From Mizuhopecten yessoensis (lineage: Eukaryota), in contig NW_018407075.1 of the NCBI RefSeq assembly GCF_002113885.1, positions 878,385-942,384 on the forward strand: 64,000 nt of DNA. The letters are read 5' to 3'. Shown piece after piece: positions 52,378 to 63,891 of this stretch. Made by a program: the position numbers and the translations under genes. Below the pieces are notes generated by a model. That model was not told the DNA's origin, did not search any database, and saw only the letters and a list, made by a program, of their open reading frames with translations. Every line of letters starts with the position of its first letter. Position 1 is the stretch's first letter.

Positions 52378-53029
52378 CTGTAAAACATGATAAGCGTTAC
52401 TTTAAATTTCTTACAATGAAGCCATCAGATCAAATACAGCACTAGCTCCTATCTATGATAATAAAGGTATGGTCTATTAGATTAATTTTATAGACGGGTA
52501 AGTATTATTAAATTCACAAAAAAATATCCAGCCTTCTTTTAACATGTCTATAAGATTTCACTTTTTTCAAATTTCTACTTCTCATCTGTAGGTAAGCTTG
52601 GTACATAATTGAACAGTGATAAATCTACATGCGAGTCCTGTACCAATAGAATTTTGATCTGACTCATAGAATTTCTGAAATACTGAAATTTAACATGTCG
52701 GGGTCAGGACCCATATCTTGACCATCCAGTGGAAAAAGACCCATACAAACTATTTGTAGATTGATCACTGTAATTGTCATCCTAGTGACCAGATTTGTTC
52801 CCCGTTAATTTGTGAAATTTGTGCAACTTAATCTGAATATAATACTGACCAAGACGTTTTATCTTAACAAACATCCAAATCGGACAATGCTTGTTGTGTT
52901 GCCAATTCCATTTGGACCCAGAGTGAGAACTCACTACTGAATATGAATTTTCTTAAATTTTGCTCTCAAAATCATTGGCTTTCTTGACAACTCTATAGCA
53001 AATATTCCCCCTTTCAAGATTTATTTTAC

Positions 53030-53161
53030 CTTCCATTCATCTCCAAGATGTTCTGCAGAGACCTCAGTTGCAATACGCCGGTCATAAAATGGACGCAACT
53101 TCCTCTCATCATCGACTTCAATTAGTTTTTGACAGCCAGTGGCCGGATATGATATATTCAG
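53030..53161 (-). CDS. RPS6: 40S ribosomal protein S6, coding exon 2
   Basis: [23 protein letters not shown]...LGDEWK; 132 nt; tttacag acceptor, gtaaaa donor. Confidence 0.97.
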
Positions 53162-53885
53162 CTGTAAATAAAAGCAAAATAAATTTAATGTTTGTGAATG
53201 TTTTAAAACTTGTTTTAAAATATACATATTATATCAACAATGGTCAAGATATTTAAACCACATAAAAATGTTGGCAGTTCCATATAATCTGATCAGTTAC
53301 AATTGAAGTGGGCCACACTGTTTGGGAGCCCCCCCCCCCCCAACACACACTCAAGTCCTACACCTAAAATGGAAAAGGTGTTGATGTTTGGAGCTCTACC
53401 ATTAACAAATCTTAGATCCGACCACAGGGCGTTGTGGAGATTGGTTGTCAGATTAAATTAAAGACTGTCGTCATCTTCTAAATAAAACTGTAAACAAGAA
53501 CGTGCGATCTGCCACTGCAGAATTTCCGAAAGGTATGGTATCGCAGAAATACCCATGGCCCGACATGTCTATCATATATTCCTCCATAGCAGACATCACA
53601 AACCTAAACGAGATATGTGATATGGATGCTAACTTTTATATACCATATGCAAAATAAGTATAATAGTACCACATAACTTTATTTACAACATTCATTCTCC
53701 GATCCCATAGACTGGCGTAAAATTGTTTATACATGTGAAGGAAAATCCAACCAATCTAGGTAATATCAGGCATTATATCATCCAATTGTTGCATGGGATA
53801 TTTAGAACTAACATTCATGTCAATATATATGACTTTATTTTTTCAATACATTGCTGTAACAAATGGATAATTAAATATTTTTCAC

Positions 53886-53891
53886 CTTCAT
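53886..53891 (-). CDS. RPS6: 40S ribosomal protein S6, coding part of exon 1 (ATG AAG)
   Basis: ATGAAG|gtgaa completes MKLNIS; total CDS 726 nt = 241 aa plus stop. Confidence 0.9.
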
Positions 53892-53923
53892 GCTGATCGG
53901 TGCCGATCAGTATGGCTACTACC

Positions 53924-53934
53924 GGAAGAAAGGA
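53924..53934 (-). promoter_or_regulatory. RPS6: 5'TOP / TCT initiator pyrimidine tract of RPS6
   Basis: TCCTTTCTTCC about 33-43 nt upstream of the ATG, typical of ribosomal protein genes. Confidence 0.8.
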
Positions 53935-54215
53935 CAACTGAGGAGGTCTCGTTTTCGTACGTTCCCAACGTGACTTCCTGTTCAAGGACTGACAGTGGGT
54001 CGAAAGTGTAAACACAAACATTGGCATGCATTTCCAGCTAGGAAACACGACGGTAATTTAAACGATTACGATTTTAGGGAATTGAATAACAGTAACAGTT
54101 CACATATATAGTATCTAATGTGGCGTTAAAGAAAAGGCCGCACCAAATTTGCTGAAGAGCACAGTGCGTAGTTCGCATAAACTCTAACGCGGGAATTTTA
54201 GAATGTGCAAAATCA
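53935..54215. promoter_or_regulatory. Probable bidirectional promoter shared by RPS6 and the TP53BP1-like gene
   Basis: Locally CpG-richer; ETS-type ACTTCCTG at 53974-53981; E2F-like GCGGGAA at 54189-54195; plus-strand donors after 54052 and 54215 could end a non-coding first exon. Confidence 0.5.
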
Positions 54216-54576
54216 GTAAGTTTCTAAAAATGAAGCTTACTCAATCAATATATGTGGCAACCTTATGCACATCATATTACATAAAGGGAAGCGGATAGTA
54301 TGGGTTACAACAGAATTGAGGTAGTGACTGTTGACAATAGTTAAGGATTACAAGAGCCGGGGACACGCATTTAGCATCAGTCGTCTGTATAATATCGCCT
54401 GGACACTGTTTATTTAACAGCGGATGAGAGTAAGCATTGCATTTCTTAGACAATATTGATTGATTCAAGGACAAATCTATCTTGAATCATGGACACTTCT
54501 TTGCAGGACAACATATATGCTGTCAGACAAGAGATTCAACCTGTCTAGCAGGAAACTAGGACAAATTAAATGCAAA

Positions 54577-54650
54577 GGTCAGACTGAGATTTGAACCCTG
54601 GACCTCCAATTAACTCTAGACAGATGCTGTAACCAATTGAGCTACCTGGT
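54577..54650 (-). mobile_element. tRNA-derived repeat head (SINE-like or pseudo-tRNA)
   Basis: Reverse complement accaggtagctcaattggtt...gggttcaaatctcagtctgacc has A and B boxes; similar to 9552-9620. Confidence 0.55.
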
Positions 54651-55162
54651 TGGTTGAAATTGACCTAATCCAGTCGCCCTAAACTTTAAACAGTCTATTA
54701 TTTATACTGTCTGTACAAAAAAAAATCCATGTACTTTTCTATCTCATATATGGTATTGCTTGAAATCATCTGTTGTTGTTGCACACATGTATATCAACTG
54801 TTATTTACTAACAGTCCTTACAATTTTTAGCTCTGATAGATTGCATGGCTTTGTCTCTTATCTTTCAGGTACTCATTTAGGGGTCTTGCTGGTATCTATC
54901 TGAATCTGTGACTTAATTTTGATGAACAGAGGACAATCATTAAGAAATAATAACATGCATCTTGTTCCCGAGAAATATTCTTGCTATTCAATTTGCTGTA
55001 AAAGTGTCATGTTGTCGAAGTATGGGCAATTGCAATTTTTTGGTATTAATGTGTTGATAGATAGATAGATTCATGCATATGTAACTAAAAACTGTTCATT
55101 TTTTGTTGTTTACAGATTAATTCAGGACAGTGAAAAGCCATAAGCATGAAAAGAAATTAAAT

Positions 55163-55291
55163 ATGGATGATGAATGGAGCATCAATCAGACACAACAGAG
55201 TCAGACAGGCACATCTAAATTTATTGTCCTTGATTCTCAAGAACAGGCTGACGAAATACAGGAAAATTGGCCTGCTCTACAACTTCCAATG
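55163..55291 (+). CDS. TP53BP1: TP53BP1-like protein, first coding exon (exon starts at 55116)
   Basis: MDDEWSINQTQQSQTGTSKFIVLDSQ...; SQ/TQ motifs; FIVLDSQ resembles human LIIEDSQ; acceptor tttacag, donor gtaatg. Confidence 0.7.
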
Positions 55292-55351
55292 GTAATGTCT
55301 AAGTCAAATACTGATGTAATTTGTAGGTGTACCAGTCATCAAAATGGGTCA

Positions 55352-55570
55352 GGGGTGACCAGGTGATTAAGGCGTCAAACATTCTGCTACCACTAGCCCT
55401 CCACCACTCGGGCCCAGGTTCGAGGCCTCTATGAGGCAGTCGCCAGGCACTGGCCGTAGGTCGGTGATGTTCTCTGAGAACTCCGGCTTTCTTCCACCAC
55501 CAAAACCTGGCACATTCTTAATTGACCATAGTTGTTAATAGGACGTAAAAAAACAAACCAAAACCAAACC
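55352..55570 (+). mobile_element. tRNA-derived SINE with V-like core and CAAAC tail
   Basis: B box ggttcgagg, core ttctctgagaactccggctttcttccacc, tail gttgttaataggacgtaaaa caaaccaaaaccaaacc. Confidence 0.7.
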
Positions 55571-55703
55571 TGCCCAATCAAATTGGGTACATACTTTAGT
55601 GTGCTTGGGCTTAAACAATTTTCTATATAAATGCAATGAAAAGTTCTCTGCTATGGTAATTGTATACAATATAGTACATATTTATCTTTCTTTTCAATTT
55701 CAG

Positions 55704-55794
55704 ATGGACTTGCAGTCCAATAATAACATACAGCCAAGCAAGACTAGGCGGTTGGGTCTGATTGGGGACCTCTCTGAAGATGAACGAAAATTAG
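55704..55794 (+). CDS. TP53BP1: TP53BP1-like exon 2
   Basis: tttcag acceptor, phase 0 to 1, open frame MDLQSNNN...EDERKL. Confidence 0.7.
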
Positions 55795-56257
55795 GTGACA
55801 TTTTGAGTACACAGTTATTCTTATTTTTACAAAAATAATATAAGTAAGGATAATACAGGCATTACTTTTTCAACTTCATAGCTTTCTTGAAGAAAGCACA
55901 ACTGTTATAAAATAATTACTCCTTAGTCAACTGCTTTTTTTTTTAGAAATGGACATTTTTTATCTTGCCTTATTGCAAAGGCCTAATGAGTAATGACAAT
56001 TCAAAATTTTTATAGTAATATAATTTTCATTTTTTAATTACCACGTACTAAAGTAACTGATTCTATTTTGTAATGGCATATTTTTTAAGGACAACTGAAA
56101 TAAATAATAATTTTGAATATTGAGGACTGAATATGTTACGATTTGAAAATACATATAATGAATGCTGATGTAAATGGAGCATTCCTTTTACAGTTTGAAG
56201 CTATGTTTTAATTTCAACAGAATTTTCTTGTATAAATATAGAATTCTTTCTGTCCAG

Positions 56258-56348
56258 AAAATGCTGAGGTGTTAGTGCCAGATAGTGAGTTTGAGGGGAC
56301 AAACCTGCACAGACAGAGAAGTTCCAGCAAAGGGTATAGGTTACCAAG
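56258..56348 (+). CDS. TP53BP1: TP53BP1-like exon 3 (alternative in-frame donor after 56333)
   Basis: ctgtccag acceptor, ENAEVLVPDSEFEG..., phase 1 to 2. Confidence 0.65.
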
Positions 56349-56752
56349 GTAAATTTTCAGCAGGGGCACTGGTTACCAAGGTAAAGTTTTAAACAGGGGG
56401 CACTGGTTACCAAGGTAAATTTTCAGCAGGGGCACTGGTTACCAAGGTAAAGTTTAAACAGGAGGCACTGGTTACCAAGGTAAATTTTCAGCAGGGGCAA
56501 TGGTTACCAAGGTAAAGTTTAAACAGGGGGCACAAGTTACCAGAGTTACGTTTCAACAGGGGGTACTGGTTACCAGGGTGAAGATTTAACAGGGGACACT
56601 GGTTACCAAGATAAAGTTTCAACAAGGGGCACTGGTTACCAAGGTAAATTTTCAACAGCGGGTACTGGTTACCAAGGAAGTTCCAACAGGGGGCTTTGGT
56701 TACTATGGTAAAGTTCCAACAGTGGGCACTGGTTCCCAAGGTAAAGTTTCCA
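56325..56752. repeat. About 32-bp minisatellite (GGGGCACTGGTTACCAAGGTAAATTTTCAGCA), about 13 copies
   Basis: Direct tandem copies beginning inside the 3' end of exon 3. Confidence 0.9.
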
Positions 56753-57253
56753 CAGAAAGTGCAGGAAGGTATCAAGATTATTGTTTTCCTATTTTGAATA
56801 TTGTAGTTGAGTGTATGCAGTGCACTAAGTCCCAAAGGATCATATGATTTTCTTGATTCAATGTTTTGGACTTGTAAGTAGCTAGATGTAAGATTATAAG
56901 TAAATTACACTAACTGTAAACAACATCTTACCCTTGTGACGCATACCAGGTAATTTTATTTCTCCTGTTTTGTTATCAAAGCATTTTTAACAACACTGTT
57001 TTTTTCACACATTTCACATGATAGACCTATACAATTAAGGTTAAAAAAATCCTTTTTCAAATATAATTTATGCTAGATAGGATTATTTTCCCTTATCATA
57101 AATCTTGAACAAAAATAATGTGGAAAAAAACATTAAAGAAATCCTAAAATCAAATACAGACTTACTTACTTAATTTGTGCAAATTAAAGATATCATTTTA
57201 GAAGACAATAATCAGGTTAATAACTATCAATAATGTCCTTTGATATTCTCCAG

Positions 57254-57324
57254 TGATGCAGAGGAAGTGATCAGCGAGTCAGAGGACCAGGTTAACGAGA
57301 CTGTCGTGGAAAGGCCCCCAAAAG
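57254..57324 (+). CDS. TP53BP1: TP53BP1-like exon 4
   Basis: ttctccag acceptor, DAEEVISESEDQVNETVVERPPK, gtaaag donor, phase 2 to 1. Confidence 0.7.
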
Positions 57325-57631
57325 GTAAAGTATACCAAAAAAACCCATGTAATTTGCGCACCTATGTACTTTGAGCGGGAAGTTTTTAAGGCTGAAAATC
57401 CCCAAAAAAGCTTCAACTCAAATATTTTGTGCACCAAATTATTTTTGAAAAAAACCCTGAGGTTCAAGTTCCGAAAATCGATCTCTGAATATAAAATATA
57501 CCAGGTATATACTAGTTATTTCAGGTCCTTTGGATAAGATTCAGCAATATTGAAATATTACAATTTACATGGAACTCTGGCAATTTTGCATATCAGAACT
57601 AATCATTCTTATATTGAAAGGATTTACATTA

Positions 57632-58934
57632 TTAGCTCACCTGGTCCAAAGGACCAAGGTGAGCTTATGTCCGTCCGTCGTCCGTCTGTCCGTCAACAAT
57701 TTCTTTAAACGACTTCTTCTTCTTAACCACTGATTGGAATTTAACTGGAAGCATCCCTAAGTGGTGGGGATTCAAAATTGTACAAATGGTGGGGCTGACC
57801 CCCCAGGAGGCTGAGGGGCGGGGCCAAAAGGGGGCAATTTGGCTAAACTGCTTTAAGCGACTTCTTCTCTGGAACCAAGTGATGGATATCAACCATATTA
57901 GACTGGAAGCATCCCTAGGTGGTGGAGATTCAAAATTGTACAAATGGTTGGGCTGACCCCCCAGGGGGGTGAGAGGCGGGGCCAGAAAGGGTAATTTGGC
58001 TATATTTCTATAAACGACTTCTTCTGTAGAACTATGCACTGGATATCGATCATATTTAATCAAAAGCATTCATGGGATGCAGGGATTCAAAATTGTACAA
58101 ATTGTGGGGCTGACTCCCCAGGGGGCTGANNNNNNNNNNNNNNNNNNNNNNNNNNNNNNNNNNNNNNNNNNNNNNNNNNNNNNNNNNNNNNNNNNNNNNN
58201 NNNNNNNNNNNNNNNNNNNNNNNNNNNNNNNNNNNNNNNNNNNNNNNNNNNNNNNNNNNNNNNNNNNNNNNNNNNNNNNNNNNNNNNNNNNNNNNNNNNN
58301 NNNNNNNNNNNNNNNNNNNNNNNNNNNNNNNNNNNNNNNNNNNNNNNNNNNNNNNNNNNNNNNNNNNNNNNNNNNNNNNNNNNNNNNNNNNNNNNNNNNN
58401 NNNNNNNNNNNNNNNNNNNNNNNNNNNNNNNNNNNNNNNNNNNNNNNNNNNNNNNNNNNNNNNNNNNNNNNNNNNNNNNNNNNNNNNNNNNNNNNNNNNN
58501 NNNNNNNNNNNNNNNNNNNNNNNNNNNNNNNNNNNNNNNNNNNNNNNNNNNNNNNNNNNNNNNNNNNNNNNNNNNNNNNNNNNAGACTTAACCCCTGGGT
58601 CATAACTTTGAAACGGTTGAGATCCCCACCCCAAAACTATATATACAAATGCTGGGCAAAAAGAGACAAATGCAGTCATGATATTTGAATTGATCCTGGG
58701 GTCTGGCCACAACCGTAGGGACCTAGTTTCTGAGTCACAGATTGGAAACAGTTGAGATCCCCACCCCATAACCATACATAAAATTGCTGGGCATGAAAAA
58801 TTGAATACAGATATATATGCTACAAGGATTGGCCTTGGGGTCTGGCATATTCCCATGGATCTCATTTGGAGAATATTCTGCCATGATTGCTTAGATATCC
58901 AGGTGAGCGATACAGGCCCTATGGGCCTCTTGTT
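57632..58934 (+). mobile_element. Helentron/HINE-like element with (GTCC)n microsatellite and about 150-bp internal repeats, spanning the assembly gap
   Basis: 5' ttagctcacctggtccaaaggaccaaggtgagc hairpin then gtccgtccgtcgtccgtctgtccgtc; 3' caggtgagcgatacaggccctatgggcctcttgtt. The two ends could belong to different copies because of the gap. Confidence 0.8.
58130..58583. other. Assembly gap (N run)
   Basis: 454 N bases. Confidence 1.
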
Positions 58935-59198
58935 ATGTACAGTCACTGTGTCTTTCCTAAGTTTAATCTAATTCTGATAGCTGGAACCTGTTGATACTTT
59001 TTGAGAATGTATTAATAGGGGAGAGGTAAAAAAATAATTTCTGAGACACCAGCACAGTTGAAATTAAGAAATCGAAATGAAATAAAATATCATTTCCTTT
59101 GCATATGAGTTATCCTAACATACAAACATTTATAAATCAATATGTGTTTAAGTGTTGTGTTTGTATGATTAGTCCTAGATTTTTTTTATTTGGTATAG

Positions 59199-59298
59199 GA
59201 GATGCTAAATCAACAACTGAAGATGATGATGATGATGAAAACCAAGCTGGTGCATCAGGTACCAAGCCAATACAAAGTAGTAATGGCAGCAGCTCAAG
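59199..59298 (+). CDS. TP53BP1: TP53BP1-like exon 5
   Basis: GDAKSTTEDDDDDENQAG...SSS; the donor after 59298 (phase 2) keeps the downstream exons open. Confidence 0.65.
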
Positions 59299-60050
59299 GT
59301 CGGTGTTCAAATCCTCCGTCAATTAATTAACAAAAGGTTGTTAGATTGTTTGTTTATTGTTACTTTTATTATCTATGATACAATAACATTCCAAATGGTG
59401 TTATTGTGTCCGTTACATGGAGAGTAATTCACTTATTAGTGGTATTTCCACTATTGACTAAAATGGGTCAGGTGAATAGATCGACACCCTACCTAATTTT
59501 CACAGTTTGTGCACACACTCTATTGATAGGTGAAGTGGCCTGTAGTGTAGAAATAAAAAAATTAAGAAACAATGAAATTTGCTCACTCTGCCGTCAAAGC
59601 TTGACAAAGAGACTGGTTGGTGTTCAAACATTGCAACACATTTATATACGTACTTTGTTTATCAGAAGTGACTTGTATTTTCTTTGATGGCACAATTTGT
59701 GTTCAGAGCTACGTTTTTATTTTCTCTTCAAAACATACATTTGATTTATGAATCTTACAGTAGCAAAGTATTGATTTGTTCATCCACAATTTTCGAAGAC
59801 ACTCCCATGTAGCCAAAGGCACTCAAATATTTTGCCAAAGTATACTGTAAAATTGTTGTATCAGTATTGTTAGAACAGTCGCCTATTGTGTCCTGAAAAG
59901 AATATAGTTGGGTCAACATCTAAGACTTAATGTTATCAAGTGCAAAAACAAATTTGGTTGCAACATTACAATATTAGAGAAAATATATTGTGCACGGTAT
60001 GCGTAGAAAAAACAAAGCAATTTGTACAGTGATGTTTGCTCTGTTGACAG

Positions 60051-60193
60051 TTTCCACTCCAACAGCAGACAAGGTTTGGGGAGTTACCAACAGGCAGAGA
60101 TATCTCACACCGGACAAGAGCCTAGTGTCCGAGGTCACCGGTTCAAGCTATTCCAGGAGACTCTGTCACAGGACATCTTTCAGGAAGACCAAG
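60051..60193 (+). CDS. TP53BP1: TP53BP1-like exon 6
   Basis: ttgacag acceptor, FHSNSRQG...LFQETLSQDIFQEDQ, gtatgc donor; LSQDIF resembles human STQEDLF. Confidence 0.7.
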
Positions 60194-60506
60194 GTATGCA
60201 GATACATGATTCTGACTCGCTGAGTCCTTATTTTAGGTCTGATTTCACCTAATTATTAAAAGTCCTGTATAGATTGTTGCTTTTCAATTCACTGCTTTAG
60301 TGAGAAGAGAAAAATGGTGGCGGGAGGATTGCCCTAGGGGGGTCTCTTAAGCAGTTTCAATTGTATAACATTATTTGATTTGATGTTGCATAGCAAGGAC
60401 ATTTTCTAGTACCAGGTAATAATATTCCCTGCTATTTTGGGCCAGATTTATTGAAGAGAACAAAGCTCTAAAATAAAATGTTCTTATTAATTTGATTTAT
60501 CTTTAG

Positions 60507-60603
60507 ATGACAATAGAGAATCATCAACCCCATCAGAGTTTATTGGAAGTCTTCAACTGTCTAACCAGTCCATGTTGGTCCCAGAGACAGTTGACGAGGA
60601 TGA
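60507..60603 (+). CDS. TP53BP1: TP53BP1-like exon 7
   Basis: DDNRESSTPSEFIGSLQLSNQSMLVPETVDED resembles recalled human ASTPATTLHLLQLSGQRSLVQDS; gtgagt donor. Confidence 0.8.
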
Positions 60604-61232
60604 GTGAGTACTTTATGGTTGAGAAATTCATAAAGGATATCATTGTATCATTGCTTTTATTGACCGTTCATATTTATTAAAGTCACTTAAAGCATAAAGG
60701 CTGTCCCAGATATGATATATTTAGTAATTTTGTGACTCTTGTCACAAACATCTTTTACCATCATTTTAAACCCCATCATCTGTAATTTCTTGCCCCCCTC
60801 CCTACTCCATTTAGTGTGAGTCACCTAGTGATTTCTCATTCTGCCAATGTGAAAGTGATTCAGTACAAAAATGTTAATTAGTGAAATTAAGTTCCGTTAT
60901 TTACAAGATGTAAGTAATCTGTAGAATCTCTATCAGTTGAAATATTAATTTAATCACTTGCAACATTTGTAAGAAAAATCAAAATATAGAATGACAGCTT
61001 TAAGGAAAATAATGAAAATGAAACATAACTTTGTGTTTGTTGGTGTTCCATTTTTTGGCATATTAATATAAATTTCCATTTTCTTAAATAGAAAAATGGT
61101 GTCTTTCATAAATTCTGCATAGATGCTTTCTTTTCTTCACTGAAACACTTAACAATCATTTACACAGATTATCATGCAATCATGCATTGAGAGCTACAAA
61201 ATCTTTCCATTGATGTTTTTTTTTAACAATAG

Positions 61233-61315
61233 AAATGCAATTCCGCCGTCACCAACCGCATATGGAAATGTTCCAATGATAATTCCATCATCGCCAACAG
61301 GTGACAAAACTACAG
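61233..61315 (+). CDS. TP53BP1: TP53BP1-like exon 8
   Basis: NAIPPSPTAYGNVPMIIPSSPT resembles recalled human LVAPSPDAFRSTPFIVPSSPT; gtaagt donor. Confidence 0.8.
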
Positions 61316-61695
61316 GTAAGTTAATGTTTGATTACCTCTTATATATAGTAACACCTTCATACAATTAATATATTGAGGCTTGTCATCACCCATTGGAGGA
61401 AGCAAAGGGCAATTTCAATATTATACCTTTTGTTCTCTCTGCCATTTTACCCTCTATGTCAGTTCGGTCTCGTTTTATAACACACATAATTCTCTTAACA
61501 GCGAAACCTGAATTATACTGATCTTAGCCCAGACTTAATGCTGTCATATATGACAAAAACACTTTGCGAACAAACAGAGGCCATCAAATTACAGTTAATG
61601 TAAATGAATATGATATCAGCAATATGAGAAAGTTACAAACTTGCAGAGAGTTATTGTGATAGATGAAAAGAAATAATCAATTGGCATTATTTCAG

Positions 61696-61787
61696 ATTCT
61701 GATTTAGAAGACTCTGATGAACTCATTGTGTTCAATCCTGCGGCAGAGAGTACGTTTGCTGATAACCCTCCTGCCCGACTTTCTCAG
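61696..61787 (+). CDS. TP53BP1: TP53BP1-like exon 9
   Basis: tttcag acceptor, DSDLEDSDELIVFNP...RLSQ, gtatgg donor, phase 1 to 0. Confidence 0.75.
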
Positions 61788-62400
61788 GTATGGTCTTCCG
61801 TAGACTTTAGGCACATCAGTATGTTATTTGTATTCAGTAAAGTTTATTGGTTAACATGGCTGTGTTGTTAGATTATTATAGTTACACAGCTGTTCATGTT
61901 CATGTCAGTGAGTTCTGGCAATTTTCATCGCCCAGCAATATGGAGAAAGAGTTTTCCTTTTCAAATTTCAGTCGTTCTGTATGAATGTACAGTTGTCTAT
62001 ACAACATTTTGCTTTGACTTTGCATTCAGCTCTATTACTCAAATATTAGAAGTTAAACAGTTATCAAACTTCATTTTTTGATACATTTTGAATCGTACTA
62101 CACTATTATGTCAAAGTCACTGTGACATATTTTTGTTTGTTTCACTGTCTTTGGTCAGTCTTTGCTATTAGCTCAATTTCAATCAAAGTAATGTTTTACA
62201 AAACTTTTATTCTTATTAAAGTCTGTTTTTATGCATGCTAGTTTCATTGTAAAACTGCAGTGCAAATCCAAAATAACATTTTGTTAATCCATTACTGTTT
62301 CACTGAAGTGATTTGAGTTTGGACTGGATATTTAGAATGTTTTGTATCAGATCCATATATCTGTATGTTACGTACAATATTTCCATTCTGTTTCTTTTAG

Positions 62401-62496
62401 AGTTTGGAGGGAAGTGGTTCAAACAGTAGTGGAAAGTCGGACGAACAGAACGTCACAGTAAAAAGAGTTTCACCAGTAGCTGTTTCATTCAAGGAG
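62401..62496 (+). CDS. TP53BP1: TP53BP1-like exon 10
   Basis: tttcttttag acceptor, SLEGSGSNSSGKSDEQ..., gtaggt donor, phase 0. Confidence 0.75.
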
Positions 62497-63113
62497 GTAG
62501 GTTAAACTCTAACAATTACAATTAAGGTAAAGGCTATTCCATTAATTCGTGTATCCCACCCAGTTCGGCCTCAAGGTTTTGTTTTATAGGGGTACCACCA
62601 AGAGTATTTGATAACTAATTTGCATAGCAGTAATAGGCTGGAATCTCAACCATGGATAGAAGTGAGTCAAGTCGTGAGGTTGGATAGATATTTTGTACTG
62701 GAATAGCCCTACGTAGGGCAATACATTGCTAGAGTAGACGGTATAATTACTAGGTCTTAATTTCACATAAAATTGATGGCTGTACATGTAGATCAGTATA
62801 TGTTTGCCTTTTTTCTTTCTTTGAAAACATATTAACTTAACAAAGTATTGATTTTATCATCATATAGTTTGATATGATACTGATATCAACATATATATAT
62901 ATAGGCCTAGCGGACGATCTGAAAAAATTTTGTTTTTATTCTATATTTTCCTTCGCAAGGACTTATTTATTTATTATCTACTATATATCTTTATATTTTT
63001 TTTTTATTTGAATTGCTGTTGGATCAGTTTCACTGTCTTGAAGTTCATATAAAGACTCCAGAGTGGTCTCCTAGTTGCTTGGTATTTGGAAAATTGTTTA
63101 CTGTACATTACAG

Positions 63114-63227
63114 GGGAGTGAGAATGTACCCGACAAGGTTAAGACGCTGGTGACGGACGATGTGGAAACCTGTGGCGAGTCACTACATCTTCATTACAGT
63201 GCTACAGAATCTCACTCGAACCAGCAG
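63114..63227 (+). CDS. TP53BP1: TP53BP1-like exon 11
   Basis: ttacag acceptor, GSENVPDK...LHLHYSATESHSNQQ, gtttgt donor, phase 0. Confidence 0.7.
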
Positions 63228-63773
63228 GTTTGTGTACAGTCTGGGGCACTGTTTTACAACTCAAAACAAGTATTGTGATTCCTTGTTAAATTTCAATAGT
63301 ACAATGTATTTGAATGCATTGATAAATTTTAAAATGATGGTTTGCACAAATAGTATTTCAATCCATTGACATTTTTTAAAATGATGGTTTGCATTTTTCT
63401 ATGCGAGACATTAAGCTCTCCTGCATGCTAACAGCACGGCCTACAAGAGTGACTGATATAAGTTCTAATAGCTTGTTTCACAATTGTTGTAATGTAAAGC
63501 TTATATAAGTAATGGTACCTTGAAAATGCAAATACACCTGTCACCTAATAAAATTAAGAAATTGCTACCTGTTTACTATTGACTAAGTATCAATTTTGAT
63601 GTATTTGGAAGGATACTGCATATTTATAAAAAGACTGAAAATATCATTACCTTGTGGATATTGACCTCAAAAGCAGGTATTATGATTACAAGTACTCATG
63701 ACCAATTAAATCTGAAATTTATTTTGTTTTTAAAAAAAAATCCAAAATTATTCGTCTATTACCAACTTGATAG

Positions 63774-63891
63774 AGAGAAGAGTCTGTAGAGGTTGTCCAG
63801 GTAGAGGAGAAGAAAGAGGACAGTGTCATCATCATAAGTTTTGATGAAGGCAACAACCAAGAAGATGACCAGGTCACACAGAGAAGTTCAG
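63774..63891 (+). CDS. TP53BP1: TP53BP1-like exon 12 (gene continues beyond the window)
   Basis: gatag acceptor, REESVEVVQVEEKKEDSVIIISFDEG...VTQRSS, gtgtgt donor. Confidence 0.6.

Noticed and set aside
52895-53005. H/ACA snoRNA candidate in RPS6 intron 2
   Set aside because: AGAAAA and ACA are present, but the hairpins are weak and no target could be identified by eye
58056-58946. Long ORFs of 177-296 aa
   Set aside because: Artefacts of the N gap
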